64,000 nucleotides of DNA from Eledone cirrhosa. Taxonomy: Eukaryota. The notes under the pieces were generated by a model. It saw nothing but the letters and a program-made list of their open reading frames with translations, was not told the DNA's origin and did not search any database. The stretch is from positions 145,700,001 through 145,764,000 of the forward strand of contig OZ024742.1 of NCBI GenBank assembly GCA_964016885.1, read 5' to 3'. Made by a program: the position numbers and the translations under genes. Positions 61,387 through 64,000 of the stretch are shown here, in pieces (position 1 is the first letter of the stretch; every line of letters starts with the position of its first letter).

Positions 61387-63379
61387 ATCGAAAGAAATCA
61401 GGAAAATCTCTGTTTAGGCAGAAGTTGGTAAAATATATTCGTGCGCAGCTCATGATTGGCCTGATTTAGCCAAATCACGCATGAATAGCCTATCAATGCA
61501 CCAAAATAAAGTAGTTTGCTACAACTCCAATGCTCTAATTACTCCAGTTCACCACTGACATACTGTATAATAATGTTTAAAACTGTTATAATGTTCATAA
61601 TAGCTTGTTTCAGTATTCATAGTATACCAGTGCATTTAATAGTTCATTGAATTCCCAACAAAGACATGGAGAAGAATTGTTACTAAATCCAAATCCAGGG
61701 CCTTTTTACTCCTGTTGGAGGAAACCCTCCCTGGTTGACTTCCGTCACTTCCTATTTATGGCTATACAGGGCCATGTGTGGTCAAGGTATTATGTCAGAT
61801 CGTCATGCAATCTTGCCCTCTAGCTCTTCTCCGCTGCCTTGGTGTCCAGTTTGTCACTCTAATAGTCCATCTGTTGTATGAGACAAGAGGCATGGTCAAC
61901 CCATCTATGTTTGCCCTTCTTGGTGGTCTTGATTATGTCCTTCACTCCAGTCTACTGTCGAATCCAGGTGTTGCTCTTCCTGTCATGTAAGGTGATGCTA
62001 AGCATAATTTGCTCCATTTTACGAAGTGGTACCATGTCATACTAAATGTCCTGTAATATTTATTGCCATTTACTTCTTTGAGTTTATATTTAATATTCTT
62101 CTTTACTGTGTGAATAGTTTCTGTGTATCATTTACTTGATGTTGAAATTAAAGCTTCATATTACAAGTACTATTTATAACAGTCAATATAGCATGTCACA
62201 GCTACAGTAATACATCAGACAGTGGAGAATGTCAATAAAATTATTTTCAAATGTTATTTTGCTTTATTTATCATGGACTAAATATATGATGCCCTTCAAA
62301 TCTTTAACATTGAAAGAATAAAATAGATTATAATGTGAAGAAAGGAAGGATGCATGGATTTTCTTCTATAACCATTATTTAATTTACATTAAGGAGTCAG
62401 AACCACATGATATTTAACAATAACAATGCAGCACTGAAATGAACATAACAATTAGTCCAATTTTTCTGTTCTCACAGTTTAGAAATGAAAATTAAATATG
62501 AAGTTCAACAGTTCAGAATCTAAACCAGCTACAAGTCAATAATAACTTCAAAATGTCAGCAAATGAATAATGTCTTTAAAGGAATTAGAGAAAGTAAGAA
62601 ATGTGTATGAATGTGATGTGCATGTAAGCTTGAGTGTGTGTGTTTGTTAACTCTCAGAGAGAGAGTTGACATCTTGGGCCATGCTATATTATGGATAGTA
62701 AAAAAAAAAGGAAAGAAAAAAAATAGGTCATTTATATGAAAAAGGGATCAGATGTTGGAAAATGTTCTGGCACCTTTAAAAAAATTGTCTTTAAACCAAA
62801 ACCTACAAGGAAGGCAGCAGCAAATATTTTTGATCTGTGCTGACAAGACAATAGTTAGTTGTGATTGACTAGTAAAATACAGACAAGACATGCTTCAATT
62901 TAATATGAAAGTTGTTAACCAGACAACCCAGTTCTAAATTGAAAGACATCGAGTTCAACCCTCCATCTGCTACGAATCAATAACTATTATATCAAAACAT
63001 TTAAATTAACATTTTGTGTTTAGAACTTGTTGGTTCTTCATACTTTCAAACTTGATTGAATCATCCCAAGACTTCATTACTTTATAATCTCAAGGCACCA
63101 AACCCCTAGGTCCCAATACAAAATAATTCCCAAACCCCCAATACTAAGTAACTTCTAAACCCTAATACTAAATGCAATCAGTGTATTGCTATATATTACT
63201 GTATTATAGAATGTAGAAATAGCAAATCTGTAAAGGTTGCCAAAACCTGGCTTGAAGAGTTACCTGTACTGCGTTTCTGGAAAAGATCTTTAATTTATTT
63301 GTCTAGCAAGAAAATAAAGCACTGTGTAGAAATACATGTTTTCTTTAAGTAGCAAGAGCATTATATATTGTATTCTTCC

Positions 63380-64000
63380 ATGTATTGCATCCATTTGTGT
63401 ATAATGTGCACCCCTTTTTTTACCAGAAAAATTTCCTGAAAAGCCTAGTTTTGATGTATAACATCAAAGAGAAACCAAGAAAAGCTGCCAGAGGACTATG
63501 AAGATAAACTCAGAATTCCCGAATTTCATCATAAAACAACTCAAGATTTTGAACTAAGTCAGATTGGCAATGCAGACCAGATGTCTATTATATTTGACAT
63601 GCTGTACCATCAACTGTAGCCATGACAGGGTCAAAATCAGTAAACATCACAACTGGCAATGAGAAAAACATTCACTGTTATGCTAAGTTGTACTGCAGAT
63701 GGAGGAAAACTACTGCCATATATCATCTTCAAGAGAAAGACTGCCTACAGAAGATTCCCAAAGGGTGACATCATACAGGTGCAAGCCAATGGTTGAATGG
63801 ATGAAGAGTTAACTAAAAACTGGATGAAGACCATATGGGAACGATGACCAGGAGTGCTTTCAAAGAAGTCATTCTCATTCTGGATGCATTTTGATGTCAT
63901 AAGTCCAACACAATGAAGAAATTAATGAAAGACAAAAAGACAACTCTAAGCATCACCAGGAGGGATGACCAGATTACTCCAGCCACTCAACATCAATTAA
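63380..64000 (+). mobile_element. Decayed pogo/Tigger-type DNA transposon (DDE transposase)
   Basis: QIGNADQM..FDM, TTGNEK..FTVMLSCTADGGKLLPYIIFKRK, NG*MD, LILDAF*CH and PGGMTRLLQPLNI. TIR-like start ...GTGTATAATGTGCACCCC. Confidence 0.85.

Overview
This is eukaryotic, repeat-saturated, AT-rich genomic DNA. The SINE/LINE repertoire and the (TA)n/(CAT)n microsatellite load point to a cephalopod such as Octopus (inference). The only host gene I can support is two coding exons of a cytosolic sulfotransferase on the minus strand (9035-8870 and 4318-3995). The rest is mostly mobile DNA: RTE LINEs with a PHD finger inserted inside the RT domain, CR1 fragments, two tRNA-type SINE families, a pogo transposase relic, an RTE/Tx1 chimera and several satellites. 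The most notable signal is a set of Penelope-like elements (probably Naiad-type) sitting in (TA)n tracts. It comprises one intact 710-aa RT+GIY-YIG ORF, two decayed coding copies and several non-coding derivatives. Together they carry about 10 type I hammerhead ribozyme motifs that I read by eye, including a repeated non-canonical variant. Most share one architecture: (TA)n, an inverted copy of [3' tail + 3' end], a tail-less sense copy, then (TA)n, usually with an AGCACTC/GAGTGCT motif in the tail. Ribozyme folds and family assignments are manual and untested. Most ORF-track entries are microsatellite or antisense artefacts.
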